Of a stretch of 64,000 bases of DNA, positions 24,101 through 37,040 are shown piece by piece. A program made the position numbers and the translations under genes. The notes under the pieces were generated by a model. That model was not told the origin of the DNA and made no database searches. It saw only the letters and a list, made by a program, of their open reading frames with translations. Source of the stretch: Neoechinorhynchus agilis (Eukaryota; Animalia; Acanthocephala); assembly GCA_051530055.1 (NCBI GenBank), contig CM121341.1:6426784-6490783 (forward strand). Direction: 5' to 3'. Within the stretch, counting starts at the first letter, position 1; every line of letters starts with the position of its first letter.

Positions 24101-25354
24101 TTAAACATTTTGTTTATTCAATAATTCATCAATCTTTTCCGCAATCGATAGAATGTGGTCATTGCTCAATTCTACACATTTCATGTCCACGTCTAGATTA
24201 CTTTTACTTAAAGCCTCCCAAACACAACGTTCAACGTTCATTGGAACTTTCCTAAGATACAATCTAAATGAGTGTTTTACCGCTTGATTTTTTGCGCTGA
24301 ACACCGCTGACAAGACTTTAGATATGGACTCGAAGCTTGGAAAGCTTCCCACCGTTTTTCTCGGTTTAAATTTCATGAAAGCTATGTTCACGCTGCTTTT
24401 TGGGAACAGTGAAGATCCAGATAATGTTAGAAGATGTTCCATTTCGAAGTGAATTTGACAAAGAACGGAAAATCGAGTACGCAGCCTATTGTTCTCTTCA
24501 ACGAAGAATCTCTCAGCTACTTCCTCTTGGACAAAGGCAAGACATAAGACGTCCTCGAGATATTTGTGAGTGTGAAGAAGCTCGGCGAAATCTCCGATTA
24601 TTTGGAGATTTGGACCAGAAGGCATCGTTGAGAGAACGACCTTAGGGATTGTCGAATCCTTTAACTCATCTAATGGCAGTAATCATTTTTAATACAAGAA
24701 TGAAGAGAAAAAATGAGATTGATGATTTTTCGGCTTCGAGTTTGCACATCAAATCTTCAATTCCCATTTTAAGAATGCCAAAATTAACGGGCATCAACAC
24801 AAGAATGGACTTATTTGGAGAAAATCTTTTTTTAGAGAAGAAAAAAACACCACAAAGAAATTGTAGCGGATAATCTAAAGAACTGGAAAGTCGGAGCCTA
24901 TAATTTAAGGTAAACTAGAATACGAAGACCCAGAAGCGATAATAAATTCAAGACTAAAGTTATAAAAAATAACGAATTCGCAGAACCATGGATAATCCAC
25001 TGCCACGAAATGAAGATCACTGGTCGATATATAGCTCCACAAGTATTGAACCGGATCGTCCATATGAAGAAGCACCCGCTCGTTAGCCAAACGTTGCAAA
25101 TATGGCATCAACCGACGATCACTTTCGATTAAATCCATTCGCTCTGGCTTAGAGTGTGATAAAATGGCTGAACTTAGAGAACCAAATCCAGGATGAAGAT
25201 GAATGAGATGAGTGTTCTCAATAAACCTTTCGGTTGTCTTTACGCAAGATCGAATAGTCGCAGGATTGATCAAGAAACGACGATCCAATTGTTTAATTGA
25301 AACCACATTCAACGCCTTCTGAATCGTAGTCGCCGTAACTGATATTGAATGCAT
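24101..25354 (-). CDS. TFB1M: Mitochondrial rRNA adenine dimethyltransferase / transcription factor B (KsgA/Dim1 family)
   Basis: QLDRRFL, HLHPGFGSLS, IESDRRL (SAM-binding), PNLQIIG, FVQEEVAERF, RTRFSVLCQ, FPKSSVN; TFB1M versus TFB2M not certain. Confidence 0.75.
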
Positions 25355-25429
25355 GCCGAAAACAAAATCCAATTTAAACCGAGCTTTTTAAAGCTCGTTC
25401 TTCCGTTCTAACAATCGTGATTAATGTCC

Positions 25430-28400
25430 AAAAATGTGTCAAGTTTTCCATGGTTTTTCAAATGTTCTCTCGACATTTTGGCACTTTGCCGGACTTTTTG
25501 TCTTGTTTTTCATGCCTAAAAACGGAATAAAAAGCCGGGAAAAGCGCAAAATGTCGAGAAATTGTATAGAATCTCGTCGATATTTTGGCACTTTCTCTGA
25601 CTTTTTGTCCTGCTTTTCATGCTTAAAACGCAATAAAAAAATCGGGAAAGTGCAAAATGTCGAGAAATTGTATAGAATCTCATCGATATTTTGGCACTTT
25701 GTCGGACATTTTTTCTTGTTTTTCATGTTTGAGAACGGAATAAAAAGCCGGGAAAAGCGCAAAATGTCGAAAAATTGTATAGAATCTCTTCGATATTTTG
25801 GCACTTTGCCGGACTTTTTGTCTTGTTTTTCATGCCTAAAAACGGAATAAAAAGCCGGGAAAAGCGCAAAATGTCGAGAAATTGTATAGAATCTCGTCGA
25901 TATTTTGGCACTTTCTCTGACTTTTTGTCCTGCTTTTCATGCTTAAAACGCAATAAAAAACCGGGAAAGTGCAAAATGTCGAGAAATTGTATAGAATCTC
26001 ATCGATATTTTGGCACTTTGTCGGACATTTTTTCTTGTTTTTCATGTTTGAGAACGGAATAAAAAGCCGGGAAAAGCGCAAAATGTCGAAAAATTGTATA
26101 GAATCTCTTCGATATTTTGGCACTTTGCCGGACTTTTTGTCTCGTTTTCATGCTTAAAAACGGAATAAAAAGCCTGGGAAGTGCAAAATGCCGAGGGATT
26201 GTATAGAATCTCTTCGACATTTTGGTACTTTGCCGGACTTTTTGTCCTGCTTTTCATGTTTGAAAACGGAATAAAAAGCTGGGAAAGTTCAAAATGTCGA
26301 GAGATTGCATAGAATCTCGTCGATATTTTTGCACTTTTTCTGACTTTTTGTCTTGTTTTCATGCTTAAAAACGGAATAAAAAGCCGGGAAAAGCGCAAAA
26401 TGTCGAGAGATTATATAGAATCTCGTCGATATTTTGACACTTTTTCGGACTTTTTGTCTTGTTTTTCATGCTTCAAAACGCAATAAAAAATCGGGAAAGT
26501 GCAAAATGTCGAGAAATTGTATAGAATCTCTTCGACATTTTGGGACTTTGCCGGACTTTTTGTCTTGTTTTTCATGCTTAAAAACGGAATAAAAAGCCGG
26601 GAAAAGCGTAAAATTCCGAGAGATTGCATAGAATCTCGTCGATATTTTGGCACTTTGCCGGACTTTTTGTCTTGTTTTTCATGCTTAAAACGCAATAAAA
26701 AACCGGGAAAGTGCAAAATGTCGAGAAATTGTATAGAATCTATTCGACATTTTGGCACCTTGCCGGACTTTTTGTCTTGTTTTTCATGCTTAAAACGCAA
26801 TAAAAAACCGGGAAAGTGCAAAATGTCGAGAAATTGTATAGAATCTATTCGACATTTTAGCACTTTGCCGAACTTTTTGTCTTGTTTTTCATGCTTAAAA
26901 ACGGAATAAAAAGCCGGGAAAAGCGCAAAATGTCGAGAAATTGTATAGAATATATTCGACATTTTGGCACTTTGCCGGACTTTTTGTCTCGTTTTCATGC
27001 TTAAAAACGCAATAAAAAACCGGGAAAGTAAAAAATGTGGAGAGATTGTATAGAATCACGTCGATATTTTGGCATTTTTTCGGACTTTTTGTCTTGTTTT
27101 CATGCCTAAAATGGAATAAAAAACCGGGAAAGTGCAAAATGTCGAGAAATTGTATAGAATCTCGTCGACATTTTGGCACTTTTTCTGACTTTTTGTCTTG
27201 TTTTTCATGCTTAAAACGGAATAAAAAGCCGGGAAAAGCGCAAAATGTCGAGAGTTTTCATAGAATCTCATCGATATTTTGGCACTTTTCCGGACTTTTT
27301 GTCTTGTTTTTCATGCTTAAAAACGGAATAAAAAACCGGGAAGGTGCAAAATGTCGAGAAATTGTAATGAATCTCGTCGATATTTTGGTACTTTGCCGGA
27401 CTTTTTGTCTTGTTTTTCATGCTTAAAAACGGAATAAAAAGCAGGGAAAAGCGCAAAATGTCGAGAGATTATATAGAATCTCGTCGATATTTTGGCACTT
27501 TTTCTGACTTTTTGTCTTGTTTTTCATGCTTAAAAACGCAATAAAACACCGGAAAGTACAAAATGTCGAGAAATTGTATAGAATCTCGTCGATATTTTTG
27601 CACTTTGCCGGACTTTTTGTCTTGTTTTTCATGCTTAAAAACGGAATAAAAAGCCGGGAAAGTGCAAAATTTCGAGAGATTGTATAGAATCTCGTCGATA
27701 TTTTGGCACTTTGCCGGACTTTTTGTCTTGTTTTTCATGCTTAAAAACGCAATAAAAAATCGGGAAAGTGCAAAATGTCGAGAAATTGTATAGAATCTCG
27801 TCGATATTTTGGCACTTTGCCGGACTTTTTGTCTTGTTTTTCATGCTTAAAAACGGAATAAAAAGCCGGGAAAAACGCAAAATGTCGAGAAATTGTATGG
27901 AATCTCGTCGGTATTTTGGCACTTTTTCGGACTTTTTGTCTTGTTTTTCATGTTTGAAAACGGAATAAAAAGCCGGGAAAAGCGCAAAATGTCGAAAAAT
28001 TGTATAGAATCTCTTCGACATTTTGGCACTTTGCCGGACTTTTTGTCTTGTTTTTCATGCTTAAAAACGGAATAAAAAGCCGGGAAAAACGCAAAATGTC
28101 GAGAAATTGTATGGAATCTCGTCGGTATTTTGGCACTTTTTCGGACTTTTTGTCTTGTTTTTCATGTTTGAAAACGGAATAAAAAGCCGGGAAAAGCGCA
28201 AAATGTCGAGAAATTGTATAGAATCTCGTCGATATTTTGGCACTTTGCCGGACTTTTTGTCTTGTTTTTCATGCTTAAAAACGGAATAAAAAGCCGGGAA
28301 AGTTCAAAATGCCGAGGGATTGTATAGAATCTCATCGATATTTTGGCACTTTGTCGGACATTTTTTCTTGTTTTTCATGTTTGAAAACGGAATAAAAAGC

Positions 28401-29110
28401 CGGGAAAAGCGCAAAATGTCGAAAAATTGTATAGAATCTCTTCGATATTTTGGCACTTTGCCGGACTTTTTGTCTTGTTTTTCATGCTTAAAAACGGAAT
28501 AAAAAGCAGGGAAAAGCGCAAAATGTCGAGAAATTGTATGGAATCTCTTCGACATTTTGGCACTTTGCCGGACTTTTTGTCTTGTTTTCATGCTTAAAAA
28601 CGGAATAAAAAGCAGGGAAAAGCGCAAATTGTCGAGAAATTGTATAGAATCTCGTCGATATTTTGGCACTTTGCCGGACTTTTTGTCTTGTTTTCATGCT
28701 TAAAAACGGAATAAAAAGCCTGGAAAGTGCAAAATGCCGAGGGATTGTATAGAATCTCTTCGACATTTTGGTACTTTGCCGGACTTTTTGTCTTGTTTTT
28801 GATGCTTAAAAACGGAATAAAAAGCCGGGAAAGTGCAAAATGCCGAGGGATTGTATAGAATCTCATCGATATTTTGGCACTTTCTCTGACTTTTTTTCTT
28901 GTTTTTCATGCTTAAAAACGCAATGAAAAGCCGGGAAAGTGCAAAATGTCGAGAAATTGTAAAGAATCTCATCGATATTTTGGCACTTTGCCGGACTTTC
29001 TGTCTTGTTTTTCATGTTTTAAAACAGAATAACAAGTCGGGAATGTTCAAAATGTCGAGAGTTTGCAAAGCATCTCATCGATATTTTGGCACTTTTTCGC
29101 ACTTTTTGTT
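25430..29110. repeat. Tandem satellite, ~107-bp unit, ~34 copies
   Basis: AAAATGTCGAGAAATTGTATAGAATCTCGTCGATATTTTGGCACTTTGCCGGACTTTTTGTC... repeated continuously. Confidence 0.97.
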
Positions 29111-29243
29111 TTGTTTTTCATTGATTTCTAAGTCCAATGACTTTTATAACACGATTTTACGATTTTAGCACACAACTCAAAAGTAAAGCGTCATTTAATT
29201 TATTGACCTTTTTTCCATTTGTTGATTTTATTCCGGTTTGTTT

Positions 29244-29606
29244 TTACCAGTCACGTCTAGAAGTTATCGGATTTCCGTCAAGGAACTCGAGGTGAAACAT
29301 TCTAAGAGAGTGGAAAGTATCGTTGTTCAATTCCGAAATAAAATTGTCGCTTAAATCAAGAACCGCTAAATTAATTAGCTTCGAGAATTAAGTCGATGGT
29401 AAGTTCCTGATGTTGTTTTGATTTAAAAAAAGTCTTCGTAGATTTGTCCATCCTTCAAAATCCGATCCATTTAAAATACTGATATTGTTGTGTGTAAGGC
29501 TTAGAGTTAATATATTTTCCTCGGTATGTTTGTTACCAATCGGCACTCTTTCCAATTTGCCTTCCTCAAAATACAAAGCTTTCAGCTTAGGCAAATTTTC
29601 CAGCTA
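29244..29606 (-). pseudogene. 3' fragment of an LRR gene, 5'-truncated, with premature TAA
   Basis: Near-identical to the C-terminal part of 39532-40695; TCA>TAA at 29390-29388. Confidence 0.85.
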
Positions 29607-29610
29607 AAAA

Positions 29611-31970
29611 AAAAGAATGTCCAGGTCTCAAAAGAGTACATTGATGCATTCGTATACTTTTACCATTTACAATCTCCGACTAAAAAATAAAACAATATTT
29701 GCCGGGATGTAGTCTTAGTTTATAATTTCAATATATTTCAGGACCAAGGATTTTAAGTAAAATCGCGTTGATTTTGTTAACGAATGAACCGAAAACAAGA
29801 CGAAAATTCTTAAACTCGCAAGTGCAAAGAAGCAGATCGAATATTGACCTAAATCACCATTCTGATTTAAAGTGTCCCTTCCTCGGCTTTTTAGTTTTTC
29901 GTTCCTGGAACGAGGCCACAACGATCTCTTAAATGAGAGAAGTGATTGAATCACTAAGATTCTCAAAAACATACGGTAATGAGTTTTGTACGTCCTCCGA
30001 ATTCTTTGATGCTTAATTATATAAAGGAATCAATTTGCATCGTAAATCACATTTGAAAGTATTGGTATTTAATCGCCGAAATCATTACCTCCTACTTTAA
30101 TTAGTTTCTCAATTTAATCGAGCATAGCCAATCACCGTCCGTCTTTCTTCATTCAAAGATAATGTTCATTAGTGTTGAAAATCAGAATATAGGGAAATCA
30201 TTAACGAATATCGATATTTAGCATCACTGCTCTCATAAAATAAAATCGTTCACTCCTTTTTTAAGAATTTTTATATGTGACTCAGATAGTAGCCCTTGGA
30301 TAGATTTTTTCGTTCGATCTCCATCAAAAACATTAAGAGCACGAATTGAATCGAACCAAATATTATTCAAAATTCTAATACCAACTAAAATTAATTTAAG
30401 CTAATAGTTGACGGCTATGAATTTATCCAGCAATAGAAATGAAATAAATTGCCGTAAAGATACTTTGCATCGAATGTGAGAAAAGTAGGAGGGCCAGACG
30501 AGAATGGAGTGATTTTACTTTAAAAGGAGTTTCGGATGAAAATGGCATCGAATTATTATTGCATTCTCACTGATTTCAAAATTCGATGACTTTGGTAACA
30601 CGATTTAAGCACACAACTCAAAAGTAAAGCGTCATTTAATTTATTGACCTTTTTCCATTTGTGGATTTTATTCCGGTTTGCTTTTACTCGTGGCGTCTAG
30701 AAGTTATCGGATTTCCGTCAAGGAACACTCTTGCTTTATTTGGTAGACCCAGGAAAGTCCTGGTGTATGATTCCGAAATAGAGTTGTTGCTTAAATAAAG
30801 AAATCTTAAATTAATTAGCTTCGAAAATGAATTCGATGATAACTTCTTGATGTTGTTTTGATTTAAATAAAGTGTATGTAGATTCGTCCATCCTTCCAAA
30901 TCCGATTCATTTACAATACTGATATTGTTATTTGCAAGGCTAAGGACTAATATATTTTCTTTAGTCTGTTTGTTAACAATCGGCACTCTTTCCAATTTGC
31001 CTTCCTCAAAATACAAATCTTTCAGCTTAGGCAGGTTTTCCAGGTTAGAAACATTAAATATCTTACTATTCGACTTTCTCACCATCAATCTTTTTAGCTC
31101 TGGTAAGTTCAGACTTTTAATTAATTGATTAAGGTCGCCGTGGAAATCAATATAAAGATTTTTGAGTTTTGGTAGGGAGCTGTGATCGATTGCAACAGAT
31201 TCAATGGCGTTTCCGTTCAGAGCAAGTCTGGTAAGGTTTTGTAAACAATTTTCGTTGTCAATATCGAGTGAAGTTATCTTATTTTCACGCAGGTTTAAGA
31301 TCCGAAGTGAACATATCTTTTTGATTACTCCAAGACTTGACAGTTTACTGGAGGCAATAGAGAGATTTTCAAGATTAGGAAGTTTTGCCCCAAATGATTT
31401 ATCCAGTTTTGTCATCTTTCCACCAACTATTGTTAATTTTATGAGATTTGGAAGCGGTTTAGTGAATTTCATTTCAAATATATTCATATTTATCAACTCA
31501 AGTCTCTGAATATTCTTGAAAATATTCGTGCACATCGCATATTCCTTTGATGGTGCATTTTCAAGCGTTAAGTTGATAACATTTGGTAGTAGGTCAGATA
31601 GATTATTTGGAATTTCATCGATACCAACACCTGCAATTGAAAGACTGACTACTGATTCATTTGCTTTCGAGTTTAAAGCTTCAATAAGTGTAGTGGCATT
31701 GTCATGGCGGGAACTACACTGAATCGAAAAATCCTGTCTAATCAGATTTAGGATAACGCATTTGTCTGACGGTCTTGTATCTCCGTAAACCAGTAGGCCA
31801 AATAGAAAACTTAAGACAAAGAATAGGATATTCATTGCACGATTTTGGACGACGACTACGAGTCTTGCCTCGCGTTTTTATACTAAATTTTTTAGAAATG
31901 TTTACTTGGGACTCGTGTTGAGGTTACCTCACATCGTAAAAATTGGAGATTCATTGCCTAGTTTTAGTCG
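29611..31970. repeat. Segmental duplication copy 1 (~2.4 kb, includes LRR gene 30684-31835)
   Basis: Flanks near-identical to 38369-40830 from GAATGTCCAGGTCTCAAAAGAG onward. Confidence 0.9.
30684..31835 (-). CDS. Intronless secreted leucine-rich-repeat protein, 383 aa
   Basis: Signal-peptide-like N-terminus, repeated LxxLxLxxNxI motifs, no TM or TIR. Confidence 0.9.
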   Translation of the reverse strand: MNILFFVLSFLFGLLVYGDTRPSDKCVILNLIRQDFSIQCSSRHDNATTLIEALNSKANESVVSLSIAGVGIDEIPNNLSDLLPNVINLTLENAPSKEYAMCTNIFKNIQRLELINMNIFEMKFTKPLPNLIKLTIVGGKMTKLDKSFGAKLPNLENLSIASSKLSSLGVIKKICSLRILNLRENKITSLDIDNENCLQNLTRLALNGNAIESVAIDHSSLPKLKNLYIDFHGDLNQLIKSLNLPELKRLMVRKSNSKIFNVSNLENLPKLKDLYFEEGKLERVPIVNKQTKENILVLSLANNNISIVNESDLEGWTNLHTLYLNQNNIKKLSSNSFSKLINLRFLYLSNNSISESYTRTFLGLPNKARVFLDGNPITSRRHE

Positions 31971-33420
31971 AGGGCTACGAGTCTCGCCAAGGCTTTTAAA
32001 CCAAATGTTTTAAGACATTTTTTCTTGAGGCTCGTGTTGAGGTTACCTCACATAGTTAAATTGTTCGCATTCAAAAGCAATAAAATAACAATTAATTTCT
32101 TTCTTTTGTCCACTAAATTTTAATATAATTCATCTCAATGGCATTAATTAAAGTCGTTAGAGTTCAAGAGAACCCTTAGGAAATATCTTTATTTACCCCT
32201 GGAAAAAGATTAAAGTGCTTGCATTTAGAATGGCAAAAATTAAATTTTTGAGTTGTAATAAATTCATTTCGACTGTTATTTTAAGACGAATAAAGCTTTA
32301 GATTTTTACCTTTTCTCAATGATAACCCGGTTTTCATCAATTCGATCAAATACCTGCTAATTGAATTATTGTTTAATTCTTTTCCCGGTCAATAATTTTT
32401 TTATAAAATACGTTTCGAAGCTCGTACGCACGTCCAACAATAATTGTGAATTTTGCTGACATGAAATTATAACGGTGAGCAAAGACGCAATTATTCTTTC
32501 TAAATATTTGCTAACTTTTTTGAGGCACTCTTTATAGTTCAACGAAATGTTTATCTTTAATTATGTTTGCAATGAGGCTATAAGTTCATTTATTAGTTTT
32601 AATCTTTAATATCTTGTAACGTGCATTGAAAATAAGAATTGCACAGATGAGATTTTTTACAGAGGCGCTGATTTTTGAATGAAAGACAACCGCAAATGAA
32701 AATCAATGAGTTTCATAGATGTAATCAAAAATTATCACTATTTATTTTAAATTTATTAACACAAAGGAAGAACGTCAAATATATAAGCAGGTTTTTGATC
32801 GAATTAATGAAAACCAGGTTATCATTGCGAGAAAAATGTTTAAAAAATAAAAGGTTATAGTCGTCTGAAACAACCACGAGAAATGAATTTATTACAATTC
32901 AAAAATTTAATTTATGGTATTCCAAATACAAGTACTTTAATCTTTTTACAAGGTTAATTTGTGGACTTTTTCGAGGTAAATAAAGATATTTGTACAGAGA
33001 TCCTCTTGAACTTGAGCAGCTTTAATTAACGCCTTTGGGAAAATTATATTAAAATGTAGTGGACAAAAAGAAAGAAAATTAATTGTTTTTATTACCTTTG
33101 AAGATGTGCAAATGTTCCCTTAAACTTTAGTGTCAATTTAAGACTTTATTTTAGGCTCTAAAAATACCAAAATAGAAAAGAGATTTTCACCGACGTAGAC
33201 ATTCAGTCTCTGTTACATCTCAAAAACACAAGAACGAATTCTATATGAGAAAACTTTTTCCATGTGAGGCAACCTCAACACGAGTCTCATGAAAAAATGT
33301 CTTGAAGCATTTGGTTTAAAAGGCTTGAAAAGACTCGTAGTCCTAGACTAAAATCGTGCAATGAATCTCCAACTCTTTGTCTTAAGTTTTCTGTTTGGCC
33401 TACTGGTTTACGGCGATGAA
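31780..33420. repeat. Diverged inverted duplication of LRR 5' flanks (about 31780-32300 vs 32880-33420), head-to-head gene pair
   Basis: e.g. TTCTTTTGTCCACTA (about 32098-32115) versus TAGTGGACAAAAAGAA (about 33057-33072); shared TGAGGTTACCTCACAT-like promoter block. Confidence 0.8.
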
Positions 33421-34581
33421 AGACCGTCAGACAAATGCATTACCATATACCCGATTGGAGTAAATCTTTCAATTCTGTGTGGTTTCAGCAATGACAATGC
33501 CACTACACTTATTGAAGCGTTAAATTCGAAAGCAAATGAATCAGTAGTCAGTCTTTCAATTGCAGGTGTTGGTACCGATGAGATTCCAACCAATCTACCT
33601 GACCTACTACCAAGCGTAACCACCTTAAAGCTTGGATATCCGCCTTCAAAGGAATATGAGATATGCACCGGAGAATGCACAAACAAGTTCTATAACATTG
33701 AGAGACTTGAGTTGATAAATATGAATATAAGTGAAATGGAATTCAATAATTCGCTTCCAAATCTCAAATATTTAACAATAGTTGGTGGAGATATGGCACA
33801 ACTGGATAAATCATTTGGGACAAAACTTCCTAATCTTAGAAGTCTCTCTATTACTTCTAGTAAACTGTCAAGTCTTGGAGTAATCAAAAAGATATGTTCA
33901 CTTCGGCACTTATCCTTGGATGACAATATTATAACTTCACTCGATATTGACAACGCAACTTGCTTCCAAAACCTTATCGAACTTACTCTGTACGGAAATG
34001 CTATTGATTCGGTCACAATCGATCACTGCGCAGCACCAAAACTCAAATATCTTCAAATTAATTTCCACGGTGATCTTAATCAATTAATTAAGAGTCTGAA
34101 CTTACCAGAACTAATAAGATTGACTGTCAGAAAAACGAATAGTACGATGTTTAATGTTTCTAACCTGGAAAATTTGCCTAAGCTGAAAGCTTTGTATTTT
34201 GAAGAAGGCAAATTGAAACGAGTGCCGATTGGTAACAAACATACCGAGGAAAATATATTAACTCTAAGCCTTGTAAATAACAATATCAGTATTGTAAACG
34301 AATCGGATTTTGTAGGATGGACAAATCTACGTCAACTTTATTTAAATCAAAACAACATCAAGAAGTTATCATCGAATTCATTTTCGAAGCTAATTAATTT
34401 AAGATTTCTTGATTTACGATACAACTTTATTTCGGAATTACACAACGATACTTTCCAAGGTCTACCAAAGAATACAACACTGTACTTTGGAGGCAATCTA
34501 ATGTCTAATTTTCCGTCACACATTTTTGCACCCCTAACAAGTCCCGAGCGGGATTATGATTATTATTATTATTTTTATTAA
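33361..34581 (+). CDS. Intronless secreted leucine-rich-repeat protein, 406 aa, Tyr-rich tail DYDYYYYFY
   Basis: Paralogue of 30684 and 39532; signal peptide plus LRRs. Confidence 0.9.
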   Translation: MNLQLFVLSFLFGLLVYGDERPSDKCITIYPIGVNLSILCGFSNDNATTLIEALNSKANESVVSLSIAGVGTDEIPTNLPDLLPSVTTLKLGYPPSKEYEICTGECTNKFYNIERLELINMNISEMEFNNSLPNLKYLTIVGGDMAQLDKSFGTKLPNLRSLSITSSKLSSLGVIKKICSLRHLSLDDNIITSLDIDNATCFQNLIELTLYGNAIDSVTIDHCAAPKLKYLQINFHGDLNQLIKSLNLPELIRLTVRKTNSTMFNVSNLENLPKLKALYFEEGKLKRVPIGNKHTEENILTLSLVNNNISIVNESDFVGWTNLRQLYLNQNNIKKLSSNSFSKLINLRFLDLRYNFISELHNDTFQGLPKNTTLYFGGNLMSNFPSHIFAPLTSPERDYDYYYYFY

Positions 34582-34689
34582 AATCCACAAATGGAAAGTC
34601 AATAAATTAAATGACGCTTTACTGTTATGTTGTGTGCTTAAATCGTGAAATTGCGTTATCAAAGTCATTGGATTTAGAAATCAATGAGA

Positions 34690-35340
34690 AACAAAAGTTG
34701 GGCAAAGTTAAAAAAATATCCAGGAGATTCTACACAAAGTCCAGATTTTCTGCAAATTCCGAGCTTACAAATTTCGAGTATATGATACAAATTCTTAATA
34801 GTTTGCAATTTCCTGGTTTGTTTAGTTTTCAGATAGCCAACAAGACCAAAGGTGCGGCAAAGTCACAAAATTTTGAGGAGATTTTATACAAAATTGAGAT
34901 CTTTTGTCCTTTTTTAGACTTTCAGTTTTAAAACACGAAGCTAAATCAAAAGTCCGGCAAAATAATAAAAGTCTAGGAAATTCTATATAAAGTGCAGATA
35001 TTTTACCCTTAAGTTACTTCAATTTTGAAATCAAAAGTGTGGAAAAGTTACAAAATATCGGGGTGATTCTTAACAAAGTGTAGATATTGGGCAATTTCCT
35101 GGCTTTGTTTCAGTTTTCAAACACGAAACAAGACAAAATTCATCAAGGTCACAAAGTAGCCCAGAGATTATATTCAAAGTATAGAGTTTTTTACAATTTC
35201 CATAATTTGTTTAAGTTTTCAAACAGGATACAATACGAAATGTTCTGCAAAGTAGCAAAATATCGAGGAGATTCTACACAAAGTCCAGATTTTTCGCAAT
35301 TTCCGATCGTATTTCCAGTATTCGAGCACGAAGCTATACA
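34690..35340. repeat. Diverged, inverted relatives of the ~107-bp satellite downstream of LRR 33361
   Basis: Reverse-complement motifs such as AAAGTCCGGCAAA and AAATATCGAGGAGATTCTACACAAAG. Confidence 0.65.
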
Positions 35341-36004
35341 ATGAATTTGGACAATTAACAAAATAGCGCGGAGGTTACAAGTGAATTTACAAGGTTATTC
35401 GCTTCACAACAGTTCCATTACAGCGGACGAAAACTCTCTAACATTAACTCCGGTTTGAGATCCACTATAAATTTGTGCGGATAGCTTGCTAATGATTTTG
35501 CTTACAAACTCGGAATCGTTTTCTTCGATGTCCAAGCAACCATCCTCAACGTCCAGGCAGGTTAGTTGAAGTCCGTCGTTTGAGTTCTTGGGTGCATGGT
35601 GATACGGTCTAATGGGAGAATTGGGTTTTGGGTTGTTGGTGGTACCAATGGCCCCTTTGCTGACAAATATTGCGATTTGGAAATCCGTTGCTTTAAACTA
35701 TAAGCTAATCTCAAAGCAGTTGAATTCACAGGAATGTTGTGAACATAAATCATCTCGACCGTGTCTAGGGGCTCCAAGAGTTTAGAAGAAACTTGATTTT
35801 ATAGTTATAGAGTGATTCAAACTCCTGCTTTTTCCTCTATGCGCATACCCAGCTGAAGTCCGAATGAATTGAATTCATTGTGAAGTCGTGGAGACTGTGA
35901 AGATCTCATTAAGGAGTTTGGAATTTAGGGAGTCGTGAAAAAGTGAGGGCCAATTTTGGGTTACTAAGTAGAACATCATTGTTCAACAGATAAGATGATT
36001 GATT

Positions 36005-36242
36005 CTTTCTTTTGGTAGTTTTTCCAACCCCCAGATTTAAGTTTACCAATTTATTTCCTCGATATTTCACCTCTCGGATAATTCCGACATTATCCCAAGG
36101 TTTGTAATTGTTTGAAAGTAAGTACAACGTTCAAACAATTACAACCCTTGAGATAATGTCGGAATTATCCGAGGAGCGAAATATCGAGGAAATAAATTGG
36201 TAAACTTAAATCTGGGGGGTTGGCAAAACTACCAAAAGAAAG
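36005..36242. repeat. Near-perfect ~112-bp inverted repeat, 13-nt loop
   Basis: 36005-36116 pairs with 36130-36242 with a few mismatches/indels. Confidence 0.95.
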
Positions 36243-36662
36243 TATCTTCCCCTCCCCGAAGATAATAATCCATGAAACGATTCATTCTTTTTTGTGCCGT
36301 CATTTTTGAATGAAAAAGCCCACGGGGCAACGCTTTGATCATACATTGATTGTTTAGGCATGACCGGTGGCCATCATTTTATTGGATAGGCTAAATATGC
36401 CTTCCGATTTACGTTTGAAGATGTCGACTAAGAAGGAGGTCATTTGAGTTGTACCTCCTTTTCCAGGAGTTGAGTTTCTGTATCTGACCAAAGGAGAGAG
36501 CAATCTCTGAACCGAGGATAAGTGAACCTATTCAATTCATTGGGTGGCCGTTTACCATCCTCCACTTGAACGTCAGGTTGCAAAAAGCGTTCTACTGTAT
36601 TTCGTTTGAAATCTGTTATTTATTTTTGTTACAAATCGAACTGTTCGCGTTTTGGACGCTTC

Positions 36663-37040
36663 TCATCTCTTTACTCTCATTCTGGTTCGTTCCATTTTAT
36701 CTGCTGTACCTCCATAACGCTTACGATGGGAACTAAACTTAAGCTCGCCGTACCTGTCGTACACCCTTCTAACAACTCGAATGGACCTTGGCGACCGCGG
36801 TCGTCCATAAAGGCCTTCAAATCCGGTCAGTAGTCTTTTCAGCAAACTCTTTTCTTCATTAATTTGCAAGTAAGACATTTCCTTAATTGAATTGGGTCGA
36901 CATTTATAGTATCTGTCCACTTTGATTTTAAACAATATATTTTCTATTGCCACTGCGATGTCTCGTAAACGAACGACATCCGATGTCCAATCAATCACGC
37001 CACCCGCTTCATCAATCATTGGTACGTTAAGGGAACCCAA
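36663..37040 (-). CDS. Possible exon of an unknown gene
   Basis: 125-codon open frame with plausible composition; upstream exon candidates at about 37190-37300; no family recognised. Confidence 0.3.
   Translation of the reverse strand: MGSLNVPMIDEAGGVIDWTSDVVRLRDIAVAIENILFKIKVDRYYKCRPNSIKEMSYLQINEEKSLLKRLLTGFEGLYGRPRSPRSIRVVRRVYDRYGELKFSSHRKRYGGTADKMERTRMRVKR

Noticed and set aside
25434-29168. Dozens of overlapping 60-195 aa ORFs
   Set aside because: Artefacts of the 107-bp satellite on both strands; the same applies to ORFs within 2823-3095, 11036-14336 and 47758-48129
29715-29972. 85-aa ORF repeated at 38558-38815
   Set aside because: Conservation only reflects the recent segmental duplication; no motif and non-ATG start uncertain
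35400-35780. Gag-like or other retroelement fragment on the minus strand
   Set aside because: Only vague composition; no zinc knuckle or other diagnostic motif
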